Shown: positions 1-9,445 of the stretch, piece after piece
Numbering within the stretch: the first letter of the stretch is position 1
Layout of the letters: each line of letters starts with the position of its first letter
Source: a virus
Virus genome (UHGV): UHGV-0385671
Direction: 5' to 3' (one strand)
Length of the DNA stretch: 42,417 bases
The notes under the pieces: generated by a model
What the model was told of the DNA's origin: nothing
Database searches by the model: none
What the model saw: the letters and a program-made list of their open reading frames with translations, nothing else
Position numbers and translations under genes: made by a program

Positions 1-844
1 AAATATTACTGATAAATTAGTTGTTAAATATGATGGCCCCGCACTAGCAGATCATAAAATAGATTTGGATGTTTTAACTGAGTCATTGAATGGACTAAAC
101 AACTTGCTTAAAGAAGTTAATTTGGTTGTCAATGGCACTAGTGAGTGTATTAATGTTGAGGTTGAGCCTTTTAAAGAAGGCTCATTTGAGTATTTGATTG
201 ATGTTATTCAAAATCCACTTGACCATTTGAATATATTAAGCATTATTGGGCTTGGAGGTACAGCTGCACTCGCAGCAGGAAATACTCTCATTGACTTAAT
301 TCGTCAGATCAATGGTAGGCAAATAAAACGGTTGACTTTAACAGCGGAAGGAGACTGTAAAATAGTTATGGATGATGGTGAGGAAATTATAGCCCCGTCA
401 TATTTCCGGCCTTTACTTGCCTCACCAAGCATACGCAAATCCTTATCGAAGTTAATTCATAATCCTTTGCAAAAGGAAGGATACGAATCGCTTAAAATTT
501 CAACTCAACAGGGGGTTGAGCTGATTAAGGTGCACGAAGATAATATTGAACCGTTCAGATATAGGCGCGTTCCTGTAGTGCAGTCCTTGTCTGAAAGGGT
601 GATTGAAGAGGCTCTAATCACATTTTTGACTATTCATAAGGATAAAAACACAGGCTGGCGAGTCAACTATGGCGATGACACAATCAGCGTGTCTATAGAA
701 GATACTGAGTTCTTACAACGTGTTAGTACGGGAAGAGAACCTGGTGTTTTTAGTGATGCTTACTTCGTTGATTTGCTCGTCCGTGAGAACTTGAATTCGC
801 TGGACAAAACGTACATAGTTGTTAAAGTACACGGCATCTTATAG
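1..844 (+). CDS. C-terminal part of junction-spanning hypothetical protein (about 290 aa in total), AT-rich accessory cassette gene 1
   Basis: Frame open from position 2 with no upstream stop; ORF track gives 65..844 but the frame is continuous from the window start. No recognised motif. Confidence 0.55.
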   Translation, partial: NITDKLVVKYDGPALADHKIDLDVLTESLNGLNNLLKEVNLVVNGTSECINVEVEPFKEGSFEYLIDVIQNPLDHLNILSIIGLGGTAALAAGNTLIDLIRQINGRQIKRLTLTAEGDCKIVMDDGEEIIAPSYFRPLLASPSIRKSLSKLIHNPLQKEGYESLKISTQQGVELIKVHEDNIEPFRYRRVPVVQSLSERVIEEALITFLTIHKDKNTGWRVNYGDDTISVSIEDTEFLQRVSTGREPGVFSDAYFVDLLVRENLNSLDKTYIVVKVHGIL

Positions 845-867
845 TAGATTCACATGGGGAGGGGGCT

Positions 868-1116
868 ATGATTGCTTTTGCTTTTTGGCTGGCTTTTTTT
901 AGCCTGCTTCCCGTACTATATTGGGTTCTTAAGATGGGGTTTGACCGGTTACGCTTTGCGCTTATGCCTAAACATCATCTTGTTCTTGAATGTGTTGACT
1001 CAGAAGGAGTTGTCCGTCGCGATGTCGTTGATGTCTCTTCTGATGATGAATTTTACAAAATTGCAATGAATGCCATTCGTGCTGGAAGATCAGTCAAAGG
1101 AGGGACGTTTGAGTAG
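868..1116 (+). CDS. Small membrane protein (82 aa, one N-terminal TM helix), accessory cassette gene 2
   Basis: ATG 868 preceded by GGGGAGGGGG SD; N-terminus MIAFAFWLAFFSLLPVLYWVL is hydrophobic; 23 nt after gene 1 stop. Confidence 0.5.
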   Translation: MIAFAFWLAFFSLLPVLYWVLKMGFDRLRFALMPKHHLVLECVDSEGVVRRDVVDVSSDDEFYKIAMNAIRAGRSVKGGTFE

Positions 1117-1639
1117 CGCCTCTAAACCTGATAGCTACGAAAAAGTCCCTCTGATTTCTAATGTTGCTGCTGGTGGCATCACTGGTTTTTTAACATTACT
1201 GGTGTCCTCGTGGGACGGTCGTTTTCCGTATATTGGTTCTGATTTAAATACAATAAAGCCATTTCTTTTATTAATGCTTCCCAGTTGCGCTATGTTTCTG
1301 GCACATTGGATAAAGTCGATTGGGTTTAAATGGTCCTTAGGTAGCGTTAATCGACAGTTATTAAGCATTAATAAGAAGAAAGAAAAAGAACTTCGCCGTG
1401 ATATTGAAAAGTACAAAAATGTTATTTCTAATGAAAAGATAGAGGACTTTAAAAGTCAACTTGAACAAGTATTACAAGATCGTCATGATATTATTTCTAA
1501 TAATTATGCACAGAAACTAAGAGAAAGAAATTATACACAAGAAAAATATCATGAGCATAAACAAACCGCTGCAAATGATAATATTGAGCTGCAAGGCATA
1601 CTGGAGAATCAGAAGTTCAATCAAAAAGGCATTGACTAA
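1070..1639 (+). CDS. Membrane protein with two predicted TM segments and a C-terminal coiled-coil-like region, accessory cassette gene 3 (alternative TTG start at 1109 after an AAGGAGG SD)
   Basis: Overlaps gene 2 end; hydrophobic stretches VAAGGITGFLTLLVSSW and IKPFLLLMLPSCAMFLAHWI; Lys/Glu-rich heptad-like C-terminus. Confidence 0.5.
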   Translation: MPFVLEDQSKEGRLSSASKPDSYEKVPLISNVAAGGITGFLTLLVSSWDGRFPYIGSDLNTIKPFLLLMLPSCAMFLAHWIKSIGFKWSLGSVNRQLLSINKKKEKELRRDIEKYKNVISNEKIEDFKSQLEQVLQDRHDIISNNYAQKLRERNYTQEKYHEHKQTAANDNIELQGILENQKFNQKGID

Positions 1640-1643
1640 ATTT

Positions 1644-1940
1644 TTATAATATCCTCTCTAGGTTCTTGCTATCCAGCACCACTACGGTAAAGCCCAGTTT
1701 TCGCAGACGTTCATGTTCGCGCAACTGGTCAGGCCGTGGTGGCTTGCCGGGTGATTTACATTCAACGAAAAAGATACGACCACCTGGTAGCAGGACAATG
1801 CGATCCGGTACCGAGCGGTGACCGGGAGATACAAACTTAAAGGCCACTCCGCCAGCTTTTTTCACTTCAGCGACGAGGTGCTTTTCGATAAGGCTTTCAC
1901 GTTCATAGGCCATCTGAATCCCACTCTTCAAAAAGCACAT
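1644..1940 (-). CDS. VRR-NUC domain nuclease
   Basis: PD-(D/E)XK-like motif PDRIVLLPGGRIFFVECK and overall VRR-NUC pattern; 98 aa; sits in the replication module. Confidence 0.8.
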   Translation of the reverse strand: MCFLKSGIQMAYERESLIEKHLVAEVKKAGGVAFKFVSPGHRSVPDRIVLLPGGRIFFVECKSPGKPPRPDQLREHERLRKLGFTVVVLDSKNLERIL

Positions 1941-2202
1941 TCAATTCCAGTTTCTCTGCCAACGCGTTTTCTGCACGTGCGCCGGCAGAGTACTCCCACT
2001 CTTTGAGCATATAAATCGTATCGGCACAGCGAAGCATTGTGAGGCAGATGTCCATATACTGAGCCTGTGTCAAACCATTGGGTACAGTTGCGGGGTTAAG
2101 CACAACATATCCCTTGTCCGTTAGCTTCTTTGCTGCGGAATGAAAAGCCGGGCGGTTAAATTGCTCGTAACCGCTCATCGGCCCGGCAACGTAAACGATC
2201 AT
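1903..2202 (-). CDS. DUF4406 / nucleoside 2-deoxyribosyltransferase-like protein
   Basis: N-terminal VYVAGPMSG motif and NPA motif typical of this family as I recall it; 99 aa. Confidence 0.65.
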   Translation of the reverse strand: MIVYVAGPMSGYEQFNRPAFHSAAKKLTDKGYVVLNPATVPNGLTQAQYMDICLTMLRCADTIYMLKEWEYSAGARAENALAEKLELNVLFEEWDSDGL

Positions 2203-2414
2203 TCTTCGACCACCTTACGCTTTTCACGCATATTCTGCATCAGGCAAAAATCAGATCTGCGTTCACTCCATTCCTGATTCAATTCGTGATGTGATTCGCG
2301 GTTGGCTTTTGCCCAGACCTTCGCTGCCCGGTCATATTCGCCGGATTGTTCAAGTCGCAAAGCCTCCCTTGCAGCCCTGTAATAAAGTGGATTGTCCCGG
2401 TATTTAAATGACAT
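2199..2414 (-). CDS. Small hypothetical protein (71 aa), possibly ANR-like small regulator
   Basis: ORF with 4-nt overlap to downstream gene in operon; helical pattern PLYYRAAREALRLEQSGEYDRAAKVWAKA; family assignment tentative. Confidence 0.4.
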   Translation of the reverse strand: MSFKYRDNPLYYRAAREALRLEQSGEYDRAAKVWAKANRESHHELNQEWSERRSDFCLMQNMREKRKVVEE

Positions 2415-2419
2415 AGGAG

Positions 2420-4483
2420 TTAATCCTTACGGTAGTGGTACGCCTCAAAACCGCCAGCGTTCAGTGGGATATCGGGCGCCCATTCGGGGTTAGTGGAGAG
2501 AAGCGCGGAAAGCGCTTTATCGTTGAAATCTTCTGTGTCAGGTGCTTCGGTGATCACCTCGTCGTGTACCGTCAGCACAATGCTGTAACCGGCATCTTCG
2601 ATAAGCGGCATGTTTCCGGCCAGAACGTCGCGGGCGGCCGCCTGGGTGACGTTCTCCACCAGCTTTCCGCCGTAGGTTTTGAGTCGTTGCCATTTACGCG
2701 AATAAGAGTTAACACCCATGTAGGTGATATTCCCTTGTTCGATAACCGGAGACGGGTAGCATACAGCGCGTCCGGATGGTAGCTGTATGCGTAGCCACGC
2801 GCCATCGCGGCGGATTTTAAGATAACCGCAATACAATGTTTTTTGCGGTGTGGCGATTGCAGTGCGGACGGTGCGCTCCAGTTCGTACCAGAAATCACAG
2901 GTCGCGGGATGCGCCCGGCGCCAGAGACGTTTAAGTGAGTCGCAGGCGATAAATACCCGTTCAGAAAGGCCGTAGGTTGACTTACGTTTAACCGATTCGC
3001 CGTACCAGCTTTTCGCCTCGCGGATAACATCGCGGGGAATGTTTGGCAGTGCAGCGTTTGCCAGCTCGTCGAGATCGAGACCGTAAACCAGTGCAAAAGT
3101 GATGAAGGCCGACACACCACCACCATAACCCAGACCGAGTTCCATGACTTTACCGATCTGACGCATGCGTTTATCAACATCATCTGGTGCAATATCAAAA
3201 GCTTTTGCATACGCCAGTTTATATAAGTCCGGACCCGTTCCGGCGTCGTACTCTCTGAATGCATTCAGTTTCCATTCTTCTCCTGCCAGCCATGACAGCA
3301 TACGGCCTTCAATGTTCGACAAGTCACTTACCACCAGTTTTTTGCCTGTTGGCGCGATAATGCAGCCACGTAACGCTGAACTGGTTAGTTCCATGATATT
3401 GTCAAACAGCAGGTCTGCACATCCGGCTTTCAGTGCTTCGATGCCTTCGTCTATTTGTTCCTGTTTTAGTGAAGGGCGGGGAAGGTTCTGGGGCTGGAAT
3501 AGCCGTCCGGCCCAGCGCCCGGTACGCGACGCCCCGCAGAACTGTAGCGTACCGCGTAAGCGCCCGTCGTGGCTTACGCCTTTCATTAGTGCCTTGTATT
3601 TACTGGTGCTGGTAGTACTGGCTTGCAGGCGGATAGCCAGCAGTTCTTTCACGGCAGATGGTAAATCGGGGTCGGCTATACGACGTTCTAGGGTACTGCG
3701 TTGCATGTCTGGTAGCTCCACACCGTAGGATTCAACGATGTGCTTAATCAACGCGTCCCGTTGTGTGGCTGCCTGCACTTCGCCATCAGTCATTTCCTGT
3801 GTACGCTTTGCCAGGCGCTTTTGCTCCTGGTCTACCGCTTCGATCGCAGCGCGCGCGAGTTGCATGTCCATGCAGACGCCCCGGTCGTTGATCTGCTGAT
3901 CACGATGCCAGAGCGCCAGCTCTGTCCCCTGATAATTCCACTTCGGCAGACGTTTATAGACTTCGCGCATTGCCTCGATATCCAGTCCGGCGTAAGCAAC
4001 AAAGCGCCGCCATTCTTCCGGGTGGGTTTTACTGGTGGCCCGACGCAGTTTGCTGTTTTTCGGGCGTGGCTTACAGAACAGCTGGATCAGCGCTTTACCT
4101 TCTTTGTCCTTCGCTTTGTCTTGCGGGACGCCTAGTACTTCGCAGAGTTCCCCCAGAGACCCCGGGAGACCGTGCGCCAGCGCCTGCACCATCGTGTCGC
4201 GCCAACGTTCGACTGGCGGTGCCAGTCGCGGCATTGCATAACGCAGAACGGTGCGGTCGAAGTGAGAGTTATGGAAATAAAGCAGGGTTTCAGGGTCTGC
4301 GATTGCTTCGTATAAGCCGTGTGGAATACCACCACCGGCAGTGATATCCCACACGTTTACTGGCCCGTCGTTGATAGCCCATGCGAAAAGCATCACTTCA
4401 ACGCCTTCGGCATACGCATGGGTACCGTTGTTGATCGGAATGTCACAATAGGTTTCCAGGTCGCCCCATAGTATATTGGACAT
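2420..4483 (-). CDS. Family A DNA polymerase with N-terminal 3'-5' exonuclease domain
   Basis: 687 aa; DnaQ-like exo motif near N-terminus (GDLETY) and PolA-like palm region; GAGGA SD 8 nt upstream of ATG. Confidence 0.9.
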   Translation of the reverse strand: MSNILWGDLETYCDIPINNGTHAYAEGVEVMLFAWAINDGPVNVWDITAGGGIPHGLYEAIADPETLLYFHNSHFDRTVLRYAMPRLAPPVERWRDTMVQALAHGLPGSLGELCEVLGVPQDKAKDKEGKALIQLFCKPRPKNSKLRRATSKTHPEEWRRFVAYAGLDIEAMREVYKRLPKWNYQGTELALWHRDQQINDRGVCMDMQLARAAIEAVDQEQKRLAKRTQEMTDGEVQAATQRDALIKHIVESYGVELPDMQRSTLERRIADPDLPSAVKELLAIRLQASTTSTSKYKALMKGVSHDGRLRGTLQFCGASRTGRWAGRLFQPQNLPRPSLKQEQIDEGIEALKAGCADLLFDNIMELTSSALRGCIIAPTGKKLVVSDLSNIEGRMLSWLAGEEWKLNAFREYDAGTGPDLYKLAYAKAFDIAPDDVDKRMRQIGKVMELGLGYGGGVSAFITFALVYGLDLDELANAALPNIPRDVIREAKSWYGESVKRKSTYGLSERVFIACDSLKRLWRRAHPATCDFWYELERTVRTAIATPQKTLYCGYLKIRRDGAWLRIQLPSGRAVCYPSPVIEQGNITYMGVNSYSRKWQRLKTYGGKLVENVTQAAARDVLAGNMPLIEDAGYSIVLTVHDEVITEAPDTEDFNDKALSALLSTNPEWAPDIPLNAGGFEAYHYRKD

Positions 4484-4544
4484 AAAATATCCTCATATGG
4501 TATATGGTTAAATGCTAGATATCATGAATTAAAGGAGACAACTA

Positions 4545-5234
4545 ATGACTGTGGGTAATAAGAGACAGCCTAATGGATTACCTGAATATTATTGTCACCG
4601 TGGTAACGACATAAAAGATGCGATAGTTCGGGATTTTACTATTCAGCCTGTTGCACACCTGAAACTTATTACTGGACAAACTAAAACCAGTTATTCCGGT
4701 TATCCGTTAACCGATCAGTACTATTGTTTTTCATTTAAAAAACGCTCTGATGAAAATTGTACAGGGGCTTTTTTCTGTGGTAGAGATGTTGCAAAGGATT
4801 TCATTCGGCGTATCGGTTGTACAGAGCTGCCGTTATTTAATCCTATGAAATCGGATACCAGTGCAGCAATAGAACGTTCCGGTTCTGGCTCAGGTAGTTC
4901 TGGTATTACTGTCAAGCCAAATGCTGACAAAAAGCTATTTATAGACGCAGTTCGTCTGTTAATGACGCTGTGGGATTCAACAAGTAAGGGACAAACCCCA
5001 CTGGCGTCGGTTCTTAATGAAGCAATTTCTGGTGGTATAGATAAACCTCCAGAAATTAGACATGTAGTGGCGGTTAATACAATGTTGGGTAACACAAAAA
5101 ATACTTTAACTGGTCTGCTGGATAAAGCAAGAGCGAAGTATCCTGATGTGTTATTCAGAGATTTTGATTTCACGCCTCTTAACGAGATTGTAAAACGTTC
5201 AAAATCATATAATAAGCATCCCCCTTGTTATTGA
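4545..5234 (+). CDS. Hypothetical Cys-rich protein with Gly/Ser linker, encoded antisense inside the leftward replication operon
   Basis: Strong SD AAGGAGA 7 nt upstream of ATG 4545; Cys/His cluster at N-terminus (CHRGN..C..C..C), SGSGSGSSG linker; lower GC by eye than neighbours. Confidence 0.6.
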   Translation: MTVGNKRQPNGLPEYYCHRGNDIKDAIVRDFTIQPVAHLKLITGQTKTSYSGYPLTDQYYCFSFKKRSDENCTGAFFCGRDVAKDFIRRIGCTELPLFNPMKSDTSAAIERSGSGSGSSGITVKPNADKKLFIDAVRLLMTLWDSTSKGQTPLASVLNEAISGGIDKPPEIRHVVAVNTMLGNTKNTLTGLLDKARAKYPDVLFRDFDFTPLNEIVKRSKSYNKHPPCY

Positions 5235-5869
5235 GTATCAGACACTGTATTGGTAGGAAGGCCTATCATTTCATTTAATGTCTCTCGATGTACCGCTGGT
5301 GCTAAAGGGACTGGCGGTGCGTCTGTTGGAAGCAGTTCTTTAGCTTCGGGCCATACATCCAGTAATCGTTTTACTGTCCGAACTTTATTTAGAGCCGCGC
5401 TGACGTTCTGTATGATTTCGGTTTCATCACTTTTAATTTGTGTGTAGAGAGCATCAAAGCTATAAAACTCCGTTACCAGAGGATCTTCGCCAAGTAGAGT
5501 AAATTCTGCAGGTGCTATTTTATTAATATGCTCGGGGGCTCCTGATTCATAACCTCTGTAGTTGCCATTGAAATAAATGTTTGCTCTGGCTCCAGCCAGA
5601 TTGAGATATATGCAGCAATCTTTTCGAATTAAAGAACTATTGGTTTTTAATGAATCAGGGATTTTTGTGACCATGGATTCAATCTTTTTTATATTTTTTA
5701 ATATTTCAGCTTCTTTCTCTACGCCCCCGATAGCTGCAAGCCGAACACGTTCGGCCCATTCAACACGAGCAGCTCGTAGTGCTGATTTACGTTTGGGGAT
5801 ACCCGCTTTCTCAAGTGCGTTATTGATGATTTGAGTTTTAAGGTGATTAGTTAATACGGGCTGTGACAT
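5228..5869 (-). CDS. Hypothetical early protein (213 aa); start chosen at ATG 5869 rather than the GTG at 5899
   Basis: GAGGGAAAG SD upstream of ATG 5869; the longer GTG start lies inside a perfect hairpin. Confidence 0.55.
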   Translation of the reverse strand: MSQPVLTNHLKTQIINNALEKAGIPKRKSALRAARVEWAERVRLAAIGGVEKEAEILKNIKKIESMVTKIPDSLKTNSSLIRKDCCIYLNLAGARANIYFNGNYRGYESGAPEHINKIAPAEFTLLGEDPLVTEFYSFDALYTQIKSDETEIIQNVSAALNKVRTVKRLLDVWPEAKELLPTDAPPVPLAPAVHRETLNEMIGLPTNTVSDTQ

Positions 5870-5889
5870 TATACTTTCCCTCATGAGAT

Positions 5890-5910
5890 CCCCCAGCACG
5901 TAGCTGGGGG
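5890..5910. other. Perfect 8-bp stem-loop (CCCCCAGC-ACGTA-GCTGGGGG) in the 5' leader of gene 5228..5869
   Basis: Inverted repeat read directly; followed on the plus strand by a U-rich tract, so it could terminate antisense transcripts or act as a processing or translational element. Confidence 0.4.
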
Positions 5911-5920
5911 ATGAATATTT

Positions 5921-6469
5921 TTAAATTAGTGCTTCAGCATCAGCACCTTCGCTGATATCGTCAAAATCGTCAGCGCTTGCCACTCCGCCGCCAGCGAATG
6001 CATCGCCGTCTCGCAGGAACTGGACTCCGCCGAGTGAGGCATTAATGCGTTTACCGAAATTATTGTCCTGTGCCCAGATATCGATAACGGCGTTTACATA
6101 GCACCCTGCATAGGGACGTCCATCAGCCTGAATTAGTGGCGAACGATCGCGATCAAGAACAGCTGGGCGCGCTTTGTTAGCAGCATTCAGGAAGAAATTA
6201 CCGGGAAAGCCTTCATACTCTGCTTTTTCATCACCATCATGTAGGCACAGATTGAGTTTTTTCTCCAGCTGGCTATAAATGGGCTCCCACTTTTCTCCCC
6301 ATTTTTCCTTCGCTACCTGCTTCATAGCTTTACGGATTTCTTCCAGTTGTGGGTGTTTGGGTGACATTAAAAATACTGCGGAGAAACGCGGATCGCCTTC
6401 GCCGTTTACAGTTTTAGCTTCAAACAGAGACGGGAAGGCCAGACGAACATTGTTCAGCTTCAGTTTCAT
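5921..6469 (-). CDS. DUF2815-family phage protein (commonly paired with DUF2800; putative ssDNA-binding)
   Basis: N-terminus MKLKLNNVRLAFPSLFEA and gene order next to DUF2800 and PolA. Confidence 0.7.
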   Translation of the reverse strand: MKLKLNNVRLAFPSLFEAKTVNGEGDPRFSAVFLMSPKHPQLEEIRKAMKQVAKEKWGEKWEPIYSQLEKKLNLCLHDGDEKAEYEGFPGNFFLNAANKARPAVLDRDRSPLIQADGRPYAGCYVNAVIDIWAQDNNFGKRINASLGGVQFLRDGDAFAGGGVASADDFDDISEGADAEALI

Positions 6470-6484
6470 GGGTATTTCCTTAAA

Positions 6485-7786
6485 TCAGATGAGGTCTGCG
6501 GTTAGCGTATCGTCGGATACGTCGTCGAAATCATTTACAGGGTTGATATTGAGTGCGGGGCGTGGGTCTGACTCGGGAACGACGGTGGGTTTACCATCAG
6601 CTCGTGTTATCAGTGCCTCGACTTTTGACCAACGGCGCGGACTGGCCTTTTTGATAAGTTTTTCGGCTTTTGTGGGACTAATAAGTTTAAAGTCGAATAC
6701 TTCTTCAGTTTTGTACCTGAACTGGTCTTTCAGCAGCGCGCGGGCGGCTTCTTCATCGCTCCAGGCGCGATTACCCTGTTTACCAGTAACCAACTTAAAG
6801 CCCGGTACCGGATGCCCGGCGTTCAGCTCACTGTTCACCCGGTCGCGCACAGCCTTTAGCCAGGATTCAATAAAGTCGGCCTGGCTGTAGATCTCCGCCA
6901 GTTCCTCGATTGTCAGAAGCGGTACGCGCGAGCTGGCATCAGTGATGATTTCACTAACCGGTTTGGTCAGGTCTTCGAAATCGCTGGCAGCAGTTTGCAT
7001 GTGCTGCATTTTCTGAGCAATGCAGACTGCTTTGGCTTTGCAGAATCGGCACTGTTTTTCCCCGGGGGTGAAGTTTTCCAGCGGCAGGGTTTCGACGCCT
7101 TCGCAATCGGCGATGTTGAACATCACGATTACACTGGCTGCCGCTTCCTGCGCCCGTTCGCCGAACGCCTGGAGCTCTTCCACCGTCAGAGCCCACTCTG
7201 AAACGTGGTTAAGCCGCGGCTGGTGGATGAACAGGCGCACCGTCTCGAAGTCGTACAGCATGCTGAACTGTTCGAGTGCGCCAAGGGCATACAGCTGCAG
7301 CTGCTCGTTCTGCTCGGCGTCGACCCGCACACCCTTACCGTATTTCAGATCGTGGATCTGCAGCTCGTTGCCCGCGATGATTACGCCGTCGGCGGTACCG
7401 AATGACTCGTCTACGCCCACGATATGGGAGAAGTCGACACGCTGCTCGACCAGCAGCTCATTGCCCTGCGCCAGCGCCCAAACAGTGTCGACGTAACGAC
7501 CAACGGCTTCGACCATTTCCTCATCTACCTGCGGGCCGGAAGTATCATCCGGGTGCTCAGCAAGAGGATAGGATCCGAGGAACATCGCGACGGTGCAACC
7601 TGCATAGTGCTCCGGGTGGCTCTGGCGGTTGCGCAGCACCTTTTCGGCAAGTGCATGCGCTGCAGTGCCCTCGATTGCGAAAGTTGTTTCTTTATCCGGT
7701 TGTGTGGCCTCCAGCGCCAGACTTCCTGGGCAGCGCATCCATCGATGCGCTGATGATGGAGAAAGTTGTGCGTGAACGTCTGGCAT
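6485..7786 (-). CDS. DUF2800 PD-(D/E)XK nuclease, Cas4-like with C-terminal Cys cluster
   Basis: N-terminal [15 protein letters not shown] motif and C-terminal [10 protein letters not shown] four-Cys cluster. Confidence 0.8.
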   Translation of the reverse strand: MPDVHAQLSPSSAHRWMRCPGSLALEATQPDKETTFAIEGTAAHALAEKVLRNRQSHPEHYAGCTVAMFLGSYPLAEHPDDTSGPQVDEEMVEAVGRYVDTVWALAQGNELLVEQRVDFSHIVGVDESFGTADGVIIAGNELQIHDLKYGKGVRVDAEQNEQLQLYALGALEQFSMLYDFETVRLFIHQPRLNHVSEWALTVEELQAFGERAQEAAASVIVMFNIADCEGVETLPLENFTPGEKQCRFCKAKAVCIAQKMQHMQTAASDFEDLTKPVSEIITDASSRVPLLTIEELAEIYSQADFIESWLKAVRDRVNSELNAGHPVPGFKLVTGKQGNRAWSDEEAARALLKDQFRYKTEEVFDFKLISPTKAEKLIKKASPRRWSKVEALITRADGKPTVVPESDPRPALNINPVNDFDDVSDDTLTADLI

Positions 7787-7788
7787 GA

Positions 7789-8691
7789 TTAACCCTCCAG
7801 TGCTTTTTCAGCCAGGGTGATTACTTCAGCGAGATTTTCATCCGTTACTTCACCAAGTTTCCTGGCTCCCTGTTTTTCCAGAATTGCAATAGCTTCTGCC
7901 CGGTAACCCCCTTTTGCTAACTGGAGGATCAACCCTTCAGCTTGTTTGCGTAGTGCCGCGAAATCAATTGTATGGTCATCTTTGGCGTCATTATTCTGAC
8001 TGGAATTTGCTGCGTCTCTGCGTGCAAATTCTTCCTGCAGCTGAAGGTACTCAACACGGTTGATCTCGATATGGCCTTTTTTAAGCATCTCGTTCAACTT
8101 GCGTAAGGTGTGGAGTTCACTGGCTGCTGTGCCGGATACATTTTTGACGTAAAACGGCCCCGTGCGTTCTCCATCTTTGTTACTGGCCTTTTTCGGCTTA
8201 ACTTCATCACGCCCATCTGCAGGTGCATCAAGTAGCTGCTCGGCAAAAGCACGTCGCTCGCCGATGGTTGGCAGGTCGTCCCAGAACTTAAGAATGTTAC
8301 GGGACAGGTCCAGGAGAGCAGGTTTAAGCAGCGCTCTGGCTCGTTTGACGCCCTGTAATGCGCTGTCGAGAGCATCAATCTGAACTACTCGTTTATCGCC
8401 TTCAGCATCACGGTAGGCAACAGCACGTTGCAGCATGTCTTCTGTGATAGGGGTGGCTACCGGGTAGAAACCAGCCAGTGCGATAACGTCGCTGAACTCC
8501 AGATCATCCAGTGTCATTGCCGCTGACATATTTTCAGTTTCAGTTGCTGTATCCCGACATTCCTGCACTCGTGAAATCGTGTCAGGATGCATAACAATAC
8601 CTGATGCCATTGTGCGGATAAGACGTTCAAGCAGCGCATTATGTTGTGCCAGAAGTTGATTATTAAGTTCTAGACTGGTTTCTAAACTCAT
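7789..8691 (-). CDS. Hypothetical early protein (300 aa)
   Basis: Long ORF in operon with 1-4 nt overlaps to neighbours; no recognised motif. Confidence 0.55.
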   Translation of the reverse strand: MSLETSLELNNQLLAQHNALLERLIRTMASGIVMHPDTISRVQECRDTATETENMSAAMTLDDLEFSDVIALAGFYPVATPITEDMLQRAVAYRDAEGDKRVVQIDALDSALQGVKRARALLKPALLDLSRNILKFWDDLPTIGERRAFAEQLLDAPADGRDEVKPKKASNKDGERTGPFYVKNVSGTAASELHTLRKLNEMLKKGHIEINRVEYLQLQEEFARRDAANSSQNNDAKDDHTIDFAALRKQAEGLILQLAKGGYRAEAIAILEKQGARKLGEVTDENLAEVITLAEKALEG

Positions 8692-8870
8692 ACTGTGGTC
8701 CTCGCTACAAGGAGAATGAAAGTGATGATCAGACCGAGCGCAGTGGCAACGGCCAGACCGGTCATCAAATCGAAGTTTTTACGGCGATAACGGAGAACAT
8801 CGCGCCCCGTCAGTCTATGGATGTGTTCAGGTTTCATCGGTTGTATTCCTTTTTTCATATCGGGGAGCAC
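8688..8870 (-). CDS. Small early membrane protein (60 aa, C-terminal TM helix)
   Basis: C-terminal hydrophobic stretch LAVATALGLIITFILLV; overlaps downstream gene by 4 nt. Confidence 0.45.
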   Translation of the reverse strand: MLPDMKKGIQPMKPEHIHRLTGRDVLRYRRKNFDLMTGLAVATALGLIITFILLVARTTV

Positions 8871-8896
8871 GCTGTTGCGAGTGCGCTTTCAGACAT

Positions 8897-8922
8897 AAAA
8901 AAGCCCGTCACTTGAGGCGGGC
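8897..8922 (-). terminator. Intrinsic terminator on the minus strand between the first early gene and the rest of the leftward operon (tL1-like position)
   Basis: GC stem GCCCG/CGGGC followed on the minus strand by UUUUUU. Confidence 0.45.
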
Positions 8923-8964
8923 AAAGACTACACACAGCAATTACATGGAGGATTCAGAGGATTG

Positions 8965-9159
8965 TTATGGGGGAAGGACGACGGTATCCATTCGGTTAAA
9001 ACAAGTATTGGTCGCAGAACCTGTATGTTTGTTAACTAGAGTCAGGCTAACGTTATGCTGGTCGCGGTCAGTTTTTTGGGTAACCTCCATTATCCGTTTT
9101 CCACTGAATTCAATTTTGTCGCCGATAGCCAGGTCATTAACCAGTTTATATTTAGGCAT
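8965..9159 (-). CDS. Small first gene of the leftward early operon (64 aa), function unknown
   Basis: ATG 9159 preceded by GAGGAA SD; first gene downstream of the PL-like region and immediately followed by a terminator. Confidence 0.5.
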   Translation of the reverse strand: MPKYKLVNDLAIGDKIEFSGKRIMEVTQKTDRDQHNVSLTLVNKHTGSATNTCFNRMDTVVLPP

Positions 9160-9445
9160 CTTGTGATTCCTCATTCAGTTCACTTTAGTGGTTCGGCGGC
9201 TTCGACTTGTATTAATTAGACAGTGCTTCGCCGCACCCCAAAGGGAACTTACTGATCCGTATTGCCGACATCCTGTCCCGCCACGGTCCCGACGCATGGT
9301 TTAGAGTCGCGCCGTTCGACTTGTGGCTAAAGATACAATTTGAGTTGTATTGTGTAAACCACAAATATGGTATTTTGTAGGGTGTGAATACTACTTTATT
9401 GATATTTAAGTGAATTTAATTTGTAAGACTTTACAAATGGGGTAA

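Noticed and set aside
872-1069. Alternative-frame ORF 872..1069 overlapping gene 868..1116
   Set aside because: Starts 4 nt inside the better-supported ORF, which has the strong G-rich SD; the translation is generic hydrophobic sequence.
2435-4344. Several plus-strand ORFs (2435..2782, 3165..3728, 3433..3615, 3740..4135, 3970..4344, 4035..4241) and minus-strand 2572..3264 inside the DNA polymerase gene
   Set aside because: They lie antisense or out of frame within a long, well-supported polymerase ORF, have no SD and low-complexity Arg/Ser/Pro-rich translations typical of spurious frames in GC-rich coding DNA.
6279-7788. Plus-strand ORFs (6279..6890, 6995..7201, 7020..7496, 7205..7405, 7402..7788) antisense to the DUF2815 and DUF2800 genes
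   Set aside because: Fully contained in the opposite strand of motif-supported genes; no ribosome-binding sites; compositionally biased translations.
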